64,000 bases of DNA from Acidimicrobiia bacterium (GTDB lineage: Bacteria > Actinomycetota > Acidimicrobiia > Acidimicrobiales > Bin134): NCBI GenBank assembly GCA_009842675.1, contig VYEX01000065.1, positions 65,127 to 129,126 on the forward strand, in the 5' to 3' direction. This document shows, piece after piece, positions 27,670 through 36,208 of this stretch; the first letter of the stretch is position 1, and the number at the start of each line of letters is the position of its first letter. The notes under the pieces were generated by a model. It searched no databases. It saw nothing but the letters and a program-made list of their open reading frames with translations, and had not been told where the DNA came from. The translations under genes were made by a program, and so were the position numbers.

Positions 27670-27704
27670 GGTCCGTATTATGGTACAGTTCCGTCATGCG
27701 GAAC
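27670..27704. promoter_or_regulatory. Tandem pair of 17-bp palindromic sites (GGTCCGTATTATGGTAC a GTTCCGTCATGCGGAAC) in the divergent DMGO-family / metF region
   Basis: Sites at 27670-27686 and 27688-27704. Same 1-nt spacing as the pair at 15747-15781. The second site contains the proposed metF ATG (27696). Confidence 0.6.
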
Positions 27705-28580
27705 GACTTGGCCAGTCTATCGCGGTGGGAAGAGCCGCAACCGGCCGGACCGAATCCTGATGTTCAGGAGCTTATTCGCAACTCGGCTTTCGAGATCATC
27801 CCGCTGAACAGCGCCTCTGAGGCCATTGCCGCACTGCCCCCGCAGTCTCGGGTATCGATCACCGCATCGGCGGCCAAAGGCCAGGCCGCCACGCTGGAGC
27901 TGGCCGAAGAGCTGGTCAACCGGGGGCACCACGCCATCCCCCATTTCTCGGCCCGGTTGATCAGAGACCGCGGCCAAGTGAAGGACCTGGCCGAATGGGC
28001 CAAGTACGTCGGGGTGACCACCGCCTTCGTCATCGGCGGGGACGCCACCGAGCCGGGCCCCTACCACGACGCCCACACCTTCATGCGGGACCTGTTTGAG
28101 CACGACCACGGCCTCGACACGGTGGGAGTGGCGGCCTATCCCGACGGCCATCCCCTCATCGGCGAGGACGAGCGCCGCCACGCCCTGTTCGCCAAACAGG
28201 AATTGCTGGCCGAGGCCGGTCTGCGGGGCTATTGCAGCACCCAGATGTGCTTCGACCCCGCCCGGATCATCGCCTGGCTCAAGGGCGAGCGGAGCGACGG
28301 GCTGACCCTTCCGGTGCACTTGGGCATCCCCGGCGCGGTGGAGCGGGCCAAGCTGCTCACCATCGGCGCCCGCCTCGGCGTCGGCCAATCTTTGCGCTAT
28401 CTCCACAAGAATCGACGCTCGATGGCCAAGTTGCTGGGCTCCTCAGCCCACGACCCCTCCGAGCTGCTCGAAGCCCTCAGCAGCCAGCTGACCCCACTGG
28501 GCATCAACGGCCTCCACATCTTCACCTTCAACCAGGTGGAGACCACCGCCTCCTGGCGCCACGCCCTCATCCACGGCTGA
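27696..28580 (+). CDS. metF: 5,10-methylenetetrahydrofolate reductase
   Basis: MTHFR family pattern: FEIIPL..., HFSARL, FVIGGD, AYPDGHP, QMCFD. ATG 27696 is preferred over the track's TTG 27660. Confidence 0.83.
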   Translation: MRNDLASLSRWEEPQPAGPNPDVQELIRNSAFEIIPLNSASEAIAALPPQSRVSITASAAKGQAATLELAEELVNRGHHAIPHFSARLIRDRGQVKDLAEWAKYVGVTTAFVIGGDATEPGPYHDAHTFMRDLFEHDHGLDTVGVAAYPDGHPLIGEDERRHALFAKQELLAEAGLRGYCSTQMCFDPARIIAWLKGERSDGLTLPVHLGIPGAVERAKLLTIGARLGVGQSLRYLHKNRRSMAKLLGSSAHDPSELLEALSSQLTPLGINGLHIFTFNQVETTASWRHALIHG

Positions 28581-28607
28581 GGCTCAAATCCGGGGACGCC
28601 GCTCCCG

Positions 28608-29630
28608 CTAGCTGGCTCCGCCTTCGGCCATTAGGGCGGCCAGGCTGCGGCGCCATTCCACTGAGGGGCGGTCGGACTGGACGCTGACGGTGGCGGTGAG
28701 GTCCATGGGGAGCACGCCTTCGAGCTTCTCCAGCATGGCCTTGTCTTCGGCGCCGATGGCCAGGTCGAACTTCATGATCTCATCGGCGGGCACCGAGAAG
28801 TCGTCGTTGCGCCACACCACGAAGTTGAACAGCGAATTCACGTCGTCCATTGGGGTGGTCAGCAGCAACAAGATGTGCTCTAGGCCCGACTCGTAGGCGA
28901 TGGTGCTACGCACTGAGAACGGCAGCACGTACCCGGTGGTCATCCGGCGGTGCAGGACGTCGTCTTCTTGGCCGGTCACGGTCTGGCCCGCGTCGCTGGT
29001 GTTGTTGGCGTTCACCTCGTAGACGTAGCCCCGGTAGCCGTCGGGCAGGTCGCCCATCTCCAGCGGCGGGATAACCGTCTCCTGGGCCAGGCCGAAGGTG
29101 GCGGTGTGGACAAACGGGAAGTGGGAGAAGTCCATGAAGTTGTCGGTGATCCGGGTGGACGACACCGCCCAGTGCTGGAATGGCGTATTGAGCCGGCGGA
29201 ACTCGGGGTTGTCCTCTTGGGGGATCTCGGGGATGCGGCCCAACGGCTTGCCCGGACACAGCCACACCAGCCCGTAGCGCTCCTCGATGTTGATGGTGTC
29301 GAGGTGGGCCTTGGGGGGCACCGGCGTGCCCGGCACCGACGACGGAACCAGCTCACACCGGCCCCCGGCGCCGAACCGCCATCCGTGGTAGGGGCATTCC
29401 AAGCAGCCATCAACCATGCGCCCCTCCGAGAGCGGAGCCTGCCGGTGAGGACAGCGGTCGAGCGTGGCGGTGAGTGATCCGTCGTCCGAGCGCCATAGGG
29501 CATAGCGGCGGCCTAGCACCTGGACCCCGTGCGGGCCCGGCGCGATGTCTTCGCTGAGGGCGATGGGATACCACTGGTGGTCCAGCGCGGGCTGTCCGAC
29601 AAGTGTGTTGGAAGCGCCATTTCCGCTCAT
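28608..29630 (-). CDS. Rieske [2Fe-2S] non-heme iron oxygenase (PaO/Tic55/VanA-like, alpha-only)
   Basis: Rieske motif CPHRQAPLSEGRMVDGCLECPYHGWRF. ATG 29630 (MSGNGASNT...) is preferred to the longer 29690 start. Confidence 0.8.
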   Translation of the reverse strand: MSGNGASNTLVGQPALDHQWYPIALSEDIAPGPHGVQVLGRRYALWRSDDGSLTATLDRCPHRQAPLSEGRMVDGCLECPYHGWRFGAGGRCELVPSSVPGTPVPPKAHLDTINIEERYGLVWLCPGKPLGRIPEIPQEDNPEFRRLNTPFQHWAVSSTRITDNFMDFSHFPFVHTATFGLAQETVIPPLEMGDLPDGYRGYVYEVNANNTSDAGQTVTGQEDDVLHRRMTTGYVLPFSVRSTIAYESGLEHILLLLTTPMDDVNSLFNFVVWRNDDFSVPADEIMKFDLAIGAEDKAMLEKLEGVLPMDLTATVSVQSDRPSVEWRRSLAALMAEGGAS

Positions 29631-29689
29631 GGGCCGATGATACTCCCTCCCCCTTTTCCTGTTTCCCGGACACCCCGCCGATAGGGTCA

Positions 29690-31069
29690 ATGAGCGTGGC
29701 CACGGCTGACTGGGTGATTACCGGCGACATCGTGACCATGGACGCCGAGCGCATCATCGTCTCGGGGGGCGCGGTGGCGGTGGTGGGCGGCCAGATCGCC
29801 GCAGTAGGCAAGGCCGACGACATTAGAGCTCAGTATCCCGGCGCGCCCGAACGGGGCTCCGCTGACTCGCTGGTCGTTCCCGGATTCGTCAATGCCCATC
29901 AGCACCTCACCGCCGACCGGCTGGTGGCCTCGGCCATCCCCGACGACCTGCCCCCGGGCGCGGCCATCTTCGAGTGGATCGTGCCCGTCCACGAACACGT
30001 CACCGGCGACGGCGACGAGCTGGCCGCCACGCTGGGGCTGATTGAGGCAGCGACCAACGGCATCACCACCACCATCGATGCCGGCACGGTGGCCCATCCC
30101 GACCGGGTGGCCCAGGCCATGTCTGCGGTGGGCGTTCGGGGGGCCGTCGGGCGCTGGGGGTCCGATGCCGACGGAATGCCCCAATCGGCCCCGGCCCCTG
30201 AGGTGATCGACGCCCAGCGGGACCTCATCGAGCGCTATCCGCCCGGCGGGCTGGTGGAGGCGTCGGTCACCCTGGTGGGCCACGACCTGATGTCCGACGA
30301 ACTCGTGGCGGCGGCTGCCGACCTGGCCCGCTCAACAGGGAGGCGGCTCAGCTTCCACCTGTCCCCCACTCCCGATGACGCCGCCCGCTATCTGGAGCGC
30401 ACCGGGCAGCGTCCGCTGGTTCACCTCGACCGCTTGGGCGTGCTCGGCCCCAGCGTGCTGGTAGGCCACGCCGTTCACATCGACGGCGACGAGCTGGATG
30501 CCCTAGTGCGAACCGGCACTGCGGTGGCCTCATGTCCGTGGGCTTACCTCCGGTTGGGCCAGGGAATGACCGAACGCTTCGCCCACCTGGATCTGTGGCG
30601 CCAGGGCGGGCGGCTGGCGCTGGGATGCGACACCGAGAACGCCGGCGACGCCATCGACGGCCTGCGGGCCGCCGCCCTGTTTGCCGGACTGGCCAAAGAT
30701 ACATCCGCCGATCCCACCGAGTTCGGCGCCCACGACGCCTTTGAGCTCTTGACCATCGCCGGGGCCGAGGCGGTGGGCATGGCCGACCGGATCGGCTCGC
30801 TGGAAACCGGCAAGGCCGCCGACATCGTGGTGATCGACCGGTCCGGCATCCAGTGGTTGCCGCCCAGCCCCGACCCGATCTTGCAACTGGTGTGGGCCGG
30901 GGGCGGAAGCTCGGTGACCGACGTTCTCGTCGACGGCCGCCTCGTGATCGCCGACGGCCAATGCACCACGGTGGACGCCGATTCGCTGCGCACGGATGCC
31001 CGCCAATCCGCCCAACAGCTTATCGATCGATCCGGCATCCGCCCCCGCTCCCGCTGGCCGATGCGGTAG
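29690..31069 (+). CDS. Amidohydrolase (COG0402 chlorohydrolase/deaminase-like)
   Basis: 459 aa from ATG 29690. Metal-binding motif PGFVNAHQHL and the later HAVH and D residues. Confidence 0.8.
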   Translation: MSVATADWVITGDIVTMDAERIIVSGGAVAVVGGQIAAVGKADDIRAQYPGAPERGSADSLVVPGFVNAHQHLTADRLVASAIPDDLPPGAAIFEWIVPVHEHVTGDGDELAATLGLIEAATNGITTTIDAGTVAHPDRVAQAMSAVGVRGAVGRWGSDADGMPQSAPAPEVIDAQRDLIERYPPGGLVEASVTLVGHDLMSDELVAAAADLARSTGRRLSFHLSPTPDDAARYLERTGQRPLVHLDRLGVLGPSVLVGHAVHIDGDELDALVRTGTAVASCPWAYLRLGQGMTERFAHLDLWRQGGRLALGCDTENAGDAIDGLRAAALFAGLAKDTSADPTEFGAHDAFELLTIAGAEAVGMADRIGSLETGKAADIVVIDRSGIQWLPPSPDPILQLVWAGGGSSVTDVLVDGRLVIADGQCTTVDADSLRTDARQSAQQLIDRSGIRPRSRWPMR

Positions 31070-31097
31070 CCAACTACATCAACTAGAAATAGGGGCG

Positions 31098-31589
31098 ATG
31101 ACCTACCCCAACACTCTTATCTTCGTTGACTTCCCCTCTGACGACCCCGAAGCATCGGCGGTCTTCTACCACGAGGTGTTCGGCTGGGAGGTGGAGCCCC
31201 GCCCCGCCGGCGTGTTCCATCGGATTGTCCCCGGTCAGAACTTCCAGTTGGACGACGGCTCGCAGAGCGAAATCGGCAATCTGCACATGGGGATCCACAA
31301 TGCGGCCAACGCCCGCCCCCATCCCGACCCCGCCGGGGTCGAACCCCGCGGTCTGTCCCAAGACGGGCGCACCGTGCGGATCTGGGTCCTGGTGAGCGAC
31401 GACGACTCCTCCGACGCCATCATGGACCGGGCCCTGGCCCGCGGCGCCACCGAGCTATGGCGCGACCACTATTGGGCCGAGTTCAACGGGTTCAACGCCG
31501 CCTTCAAAGACCCGTGGGGCAACACCCTCATCTTGTGGACCAAGGGTGGCGACGACCCCCAGATCCCCGACGGCTGGACCGACGAGTAA
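31098..31589 (+). CDS. VOC (glyoxalase/bleomycin-resistance/dioxygenase) family protein
   Basis: 163 aa. FYHEVFGWEV... and ...FKDPWGNTLILW, typical VOC beta-alpha-beta-beta-beta modules. Confidence 0.7.
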   Translation: MTYPNTLIFVDFPSDDPEASAVFYHEVFGWEVEPRPAGVFHRIVPGQNFQLDDGSQSEIGNLHMGIHNAANARPHPDPAGVEPRGLSQDGRTVRIWVLVSDDDSSDAIMDRALARGATELWRDHYWAEFNGFNAAFKDPWGNTLILWTKGGDDPQIPDGWTDE

Positions 31590-31596
31590 GCCCGCC

Positions 31597-32091
31597 GTGA
31601 CCCACCACGATCACGACCCCGTCTACGACGTCCATCCCCCCGCCCCCCGCTGGACCCACATCGCCCTGCGGGTGGCCGACATGGATGCCACCATCGACTG
31701 GTACACCACCTACACCCCGATGCGGCTGCTCGACCGGCGCGAAGACGACATGGGCTACGGGGCCTGGCTGGGCCACGGCGACTCCCCCGACTCGCCGTTC
31801 ATCTTGGTGCTGGCCCAGTTCTTCCCCGAGACCGACCCGTTCAAAGGCTCGCCCATGGCCAAGCTGGCCCCCTTCGCCCACCTCGGCATCGAGCTCACCA
31901 GCCGCGAGGCGGTGGAGGAGACGGCGGCCAAGGGCAGCGCCGGAGGATGTCTGGCCATGCCCCCCACCGACATGCCGCCCCCCATCGGCTACATCTGCAT
32001 GCTGGCCGACCCCGACGGCAACATGGTGGAGTTCTCCTACGACCAGGGGGTCTACGCCCTGGCCAGCCAGCTCGCCCACCAGCAGAGCTGA
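31597..32091 (+). CDS. VOC (glyoxalase) family protein
   Basis: THIALRVADMDATIDWY... and ...MLADPDGNMVEF motifs. GTG 31597 start is tentative. Confidence 0.68.
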   Translation: MTHHDHDPVYDVHPPAPRWTHIALRVADMDATIDWYTTYTPMRLLDRREDDMGYGAWLGHGDSPDSPFILVLAQFFPETDPFKGSPMAKLAPFAHLGIELTSREAVEETAAKGSAGGCLAMPPTDMPPPIGYICMLADPDGNMVEFSYDQGVYALASQLAHQQS

Positions 32092-32105
32092 CCCAGCGGC
32101 AAAGC

Positions 32106-33320
32106 TCAGCCGATCTCCAACATCAGCTTGTCCCAGCCCCGCACCGTGGAGGTGTGGGCCCGTTCGGATTGGTCGAGGTCAACAGTCCAATCCGGGAAGC
32201 GCTTGAGCATCTCATCGAGCGCCACCCGTCCCTCAAGGCGGGCCAGCGCCGCGCCGAGGCAGAAATGCAGCCCATAGCCGAATGACAAGTGGTGGTCGAT
32301 GTTGCGGTGGATGTCGAAGTCATCGGCGGAGTCACCCCACTTTCGGTGGTCGCGGTTGGCCGAACCGTTGAGCAACAAGATGTGGCTGCCTTCGGGCACG
32401 GTCGTGCCGTGGTACTCCACGTCGTCGTTCACGTAGCGGGCCTGCACCGGCGACGGCGCCTCATAGCGCAGCGACTCCTCGATGGTGTTGGGGATTAGAC
32501 CGGGGTCGGCAGCAACCTCCCGGCGCTGGTCGGGCAACGACCCCAGCATCAGCATCGTCCATCCGATGAGCTTGGTGGTGGTCTCGTTGCCCGCTCCCGA
32601 CAACAGGCCGATGTAGCTGAGGATCTCCTCCCGGGTTAGGCAGCGGACAACGCCGGTGTGATCCTCGAACTCGGTGTGGATCAACTGGGTCATCACATCG
32701 TCGGACGGATTCTCCTTCCGCCAGTCGATGTACTCGCCGTAGTTCCCCTCGGCCGCGGAATCTTCCATCGTCTGGACCGCATCCGCTATGGGCATCTCTC
32801 CTGACTCAAGCCGCAACCCGCTGTCGATCTGGTCGCGAATGGCCTGCTGATCCGACTCGGGGATGCCGAGCAGCATGCCAATCACCCGCATGGGCATCGG
32901 GGCACCCAGCGACTCAATCACGTCGAAGCTCTCGGCGCCTTCGAGAGCATCCAGCGAATCGGCACAGAAGCGCCGCACCTGGGGCTCGATGGCGTTCATC
33001 CGCTTGGGAGTGAACACCCGTGCCAGCAAGCTCCGATAAACCGCGTGGCGGGGCGGATCGTCGAACAAAATCATGCCCGGAGGCATCTCCACCTCGGCTT
33101 TGAGCAACTCCAACACCGTGCCCCGCCCCGATATCAGCCGAGTGTGGTCCTTGAGACCCGCCTCCACGTCGTCCCACCGGCTGAGCGCCCAGAAGTCGTG
33201 CTTGTCGTTGTAATACAGCGGGCACTCGTCGCGCAGCTGCTTCCACACCGAGTGGGGATCGTTGTCGATCTCGAAGTCGTAGGGGTCGTAGTAGGGGGCG
33301 GAAGGAGCCGATGCCGTCAT
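32106..33320 (-). CDS. Cytochrome P450
   Basis: 404 aa from ATG 33320. FDDPPRH, AGNETT (I-helix), ESLRYE (ExxR) and heme loop FGYGLHFCLGAALAR. The 572-aa track ORF is an upstream extension artefact. Confidence 0.9.
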   Translation of the reverse strand: MTASAPSAPYYDPYDFEIDNDPHSVWKQLRDECPLYYNDKHDFWALSRWDDVEAGLKDHTRLISGRGTVLELLKAEVEMPPGMILFDDPPRHAVYRSLLARVFTPKRMNAIEPQVRRFCADSLDALEGAESFDVIESLGAPMPMRVIGMLLGIPESDQQAIRDQIDSGLRLESGEMPIADAVQTMEDSAAEGNYGEYIDWRKENPSDDVMTQLIHTEFEDHTGVVRCLTREEILSYIGLLSGAGNETTTKLIGWTMLMLGSLPDQRREVAADPGLIPNTIEESLRYEAPSPVQARYVNDDVEYHGTTVPEGSHILLLNGSANRDHRKWGDSADDFDIHRNIDHHLSFGYGLHFCLGAALARLEGRVALDEMLKRFPDWTVDLDQSERAHTSTVRGWDKLMLEIG

Positions 33321-33425
33321 GTCATTTCTCCTCGCCAACGCTCTCCCCGGTAGATGGCAGTCAAGAGACCGGAAAGTACCATGTTCTCCGGAAACGAGAA
33401 GATCGTTCCCCTTCGAGAGGTAGTC

Positions 33426-33857
33426 ATGGACCAGGCGCGGATGGCCGACATAATCGAGATCGAGCAACTGCTGGCCCGCTACGCCGTCGGAATGACCAAA
33501 GACGATGTCGAAACCGTTATGGAGGTGTTCACCCCCGACGGCACTTACCGCGCGTTCGGCGACGAGTACGCCCTGGCCGACTTTCCCCGGTTGGTGGCTG
33601 CCGCCCCCAAGGGCCTGTTCTTGGTGGGCCCGCCAGAGATCGAGCTGGATCACGACCAGGCCACCGGAACCCAACCGCTGTGCTTCGTGGACCAGACCGA
33701 TCATCAAATGCGGATCGGCTACTACAACGACACCTACCGCCGCACCGAAAAGGGCTGGCGGCTGGCCACCCGCTCGATGACCTTCCTTCGGCGCAGTGGC
33801 GCCCGAGACGCCGGCCGCCCCCACGACCCCGACCGCCCCGAGCCGTCAGCTAGCTGA
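33426..33857 (+). CDS. SnoaL-like / NTF2-fold protein
   Basis: MDQARMADIIEIEQLLARYAVGMTKDD... is typical of the SnoaL_4 family. Start uncertain (33354 or 33426). Confidence 0.62.
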   Translation: MDQARMADIIEIEQLLARYAVGMTKDDVETVMEVFTPDGTYRAFGDEYALADFPRLVAAAPKGLFLVGPPEIELDHDQATGTQPLCFVDQTDHQMRIGYYNDTYRRTEKGWRLATRSMTFLRRSGARDAGRPHDPDRPEPSAS

Positions 33858-33859
33858 AG

Positions 33860-34153
33860 TTGGAACCGGTGAGCAGCTCTATCAGCTTGACGATCGTCTT
33901 CAGAGGCAAGCGCCGCACCATGGACTACGTCGAAGGCGACACTGTGCTGGGCTCAGCCCGGCGGGCCGGGCTGAGCCCGCCGTTCTCTTGCGAGGCGGGA
34001 AACTGCGCAACCTGCATGGCCCTTCTCAAAGAGGGCAGCGTCACCATGCGGGCCAACGAGGCGCTGGAACCCGACGAAGTGGAAGACGGGTACATTCTCA
34101 CCTGCCAGTCGGTCCCCGACTGCGACTCAGTGGTCGACTACGACAGCTTGTGA
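33860..34153 (+). CDS. 2Fe-2S ferredoxin (plant/PaaE-type)
   Basis: 97 aa. Cluster motif CEAGNCATC...C(Q). Likely redox partner of the neighbouring P450. Confidence 0.8.
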   Translation: MEPVSSSISLTIVFRGKRRTMDYVEGDTVLGSARRAGLSPPFSCEAGNCATCMALLKEGSVTMRANEALEPDEVEDGYILTCQSVPDCDSVVDYDSL

Positions 34154-34791
34154 TCGGGGACGATGGCGTGGAGGCAGAAGCGCCAGACCTCCTCGCCGCT
34201 GATCGGCCGATCCACACCGGTGCTTCGCCCCGCGGTGACAGTGGCGGCCTGAAGGACGACAGCCGCTAGACGTCGCGGGCGTCCTTCCCGAAGGAGGCCG
34301 GATTCGCCAACCTGCTCCACGATCTCGGCCACGTATTCGTAGAGGGGCGAGTAAGCCGCCACCACCTCTTCGGGGTGGTCGACCAGTAGACGCTGGGCGA
34401 ACTCGGCAAACAGCGGCTGTTCCGATACCCGCCCCGGCGCACACAGGTCGTACACCATCAGCACCACCTGCTCCAGCCGGTCGAGCGGACCGCCCTCGGC
34501 GGTGGCCTCCCGGATGCGGGCCACCGCGATGCCCATCTCCTCCTCGAACAAAACCAGCAGCAGCTCGTGCTTGCTGTCGAAGTACTGGTAGAAGCTCCGC
34601 ACCGACTGCTTCGATTGGTCGACCACCTCTTGAACGGTGAACTCCGTGGAGGCCTTGGCTGCGATTACCTCGCGGGCCGCATCGAGAAACTGCTGAACCC
34701 GCTTGGCCGCCCGGTCCCGGGCCGCCCGGGTGGAGCGCTCGATGGCCCGGTCCCGCCACATCGTGTCTCGGCCTAGTTCGTCGATCTTCAT
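34138..34791 (-). CDS. TetR family transcriptional regulator
   Basis: 217 aa. N-terminal TetR HTH (FTVQEVVDQSKQSVRSFYQYFDSKHELL). Confidence 0.87.
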   Translation of the reverse strand: MKIDELGRDTMWRDRAIERSTRAARDRAAKRVQQFLDAAREVIAAKASTEFTVQEVVDQSKQSVRSFYQYFDSKHELLLVLFEEEMGIAVARIREATAEGGPLDRLEQVVLMVYDLCAPGRVSEQPLFAEFAQRLLVDHPEEVVAAYSPLYEYVAEIVEQVGESGLLREGRPRRLAAVVLQAATVTAGRSTGVDRPISGEEVWRFCLHAIVPDHKLS

Positions 34792-34795
34792 GGGG

Positions 34796-36112
34796 TCAGC
34801 TGGCCCGCTGCGCGCCGGTCCCCGAGGCGCCCTGGCCCATGTTCTGCCAACGAGCCTGGACTTGCTCGGCGGTCAGCTTCTCCCGCCGGCTCATCGACCT
34901 GATGCTCACGTCGTGGCCGGCGGCGGCCTCCCGCAATGCGCCCACCGTGGCCTGCTCTAGGGGGACGTGGTCGAAGGGGTCGAACGAGTACCACGCCATG
35001 GCGTTCTGGTGGGTGATCTTGTCCGCCTCGTCCTGAGTCACCCCGGCCTCGGTCATCAGCTTCGCCAGTTCCTCGGGGGCGTCGGGCCACGCCGAGTCGC
35101 TGTGGGGGTAATCGCACTCCCAGCTGATGTTGTCGATCCCGATCTGGTTGCGCAGATACACGCCGGTGTGGTCGGAGATGAAGCAGGTGAGGAAGTGCTG
35201 GCGGAACACGTCGCTGGGCATCCGACCCCCGAAATCCTGACCGGTCCAGCGGTGGTGCATGTCGTAGGTGCGGTCGACCCGCTCCAGGAAGTACGGCACC
35301 CACCCCGTGCTCCCCTCCGACAGGGCGATGCGGATGGCGGGGAACTCCTTGAGCACCCGGGACCACAGCAGGTCGGCGGCGGCCGACTGAATGTTCATCG
35401 GCTGAAGGGTGATCATCACATCGGGGGGCGAGTCGGGCGCCGGGAAGCTGAGCTGGCCCGACGAGCCCAAATGGATCGACAGCACCGTGTCGGTGTCGCA
35501 CACCGCCGCCCACAGCGGATCCCAATAGGGATCGTGGAAGCTCGGATAGCCCAGGGCCGCCGGGTTCTCGGTGAACGACAGCGAGTGGCAGCCCTTGTCG
35601 GCCACCCGGCGCACCTCCTCGGCGCACTTCTCGGCGTCCCAGATAACCGGCAGCGCCATGGGGATGAAACGCCCCGGATGGGCCCCGCACCACTCGTCTA
35701 TGTGCCAGTCGTTGTAGGCCCGCACCAGAGCCAGACCGAACTCTTCGTCTTCCACTGCGAACAGCCGGGCGGCAAATCCGGGAAATGACGGGAAGTTCAT
35801 CGACGCCAGCACACCGCAGGCGTTCATGTCCTTTATCCGCTCGTCAACCATGAAACAGCCCGGCCGGATCTCCTCCAGCGACTGGGGCTCGACGCCGTAC
35901 TCCTCTTTGGGCCGCCCGGCCACTGCGTTGAGGGCCACGTTGGGCACCTCGACCTTGCCGAACCGCCATACATCGGCCCCGTCGTCGCGCCGCACGATAC
36001 GGGGCGCATCAGCCTTGTAGCGCTCCGGCAGGTGGGCATCGAAGAGGTCGGGAGGCTCGATGATGTGATCGTCGACGCTGATGAGGATCAGGTCTTCAGG
36101 AGCAAAGGCCAT
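34796..36112 (-). CDS. Amidohydrolase-2 family protein (ACMSD/metal-dependent hydrolase-decarboxylase type)
   Basis: 438 aa from ATG 36112, which has a GGAGG RBS 5 nt upstream. ISVDDHIIEP metal motif, ...HLGSS..., ECDYPHSDS. The 804-aa track ORF is an extension artefact. Confidence 0.85.
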   Translation of the reverse strand: MAFAPEDLILISVDDHIIEPPDLFDAHLPERYKADAPRIVRRDDGADVWRFGKVEVPNVALNAVAGRPKEEYGVEPQSLEEIRPGCFMVDERIKDMNACGVLASMNFPSFPGFAARLFAVEDEEFGLALVRAYNDWHIDEWCGAHPGRFIPMALPVIWDAEKCAEEVRRVADKGCHSLSFTENPAALGYPSFHDPYWDPLWAAVCDTDTVLSIHLGSSGQLSFPAPDSPPDVMITLQPMNIQSAAADLLWSRVLKEFPAIRIALSEGSTGWVPYFLERVDRTYDMHHRWTGQDFGGRMPSDVFRQHFLTCFISDHTGVYLRNQIGIDNISWECDYPHSDSAWPDAPEELAKLMTEAGVTQDEADKITHQNAMAWYSFDPFDHVPLEQATVGALREAAAGHDVSIRSMSRREKLTAEQVQARWQNMGQGASGTGAQRAS

Positions 36113-36208
36113 GGCCGCCTCCATACGGGAATCTTGGTCAAGGTTAGGCTGGGAATGAGATTCCCCTATTATCGCAACAACATTCCACGTCTTCGAAAAG
36201 GACCACAG

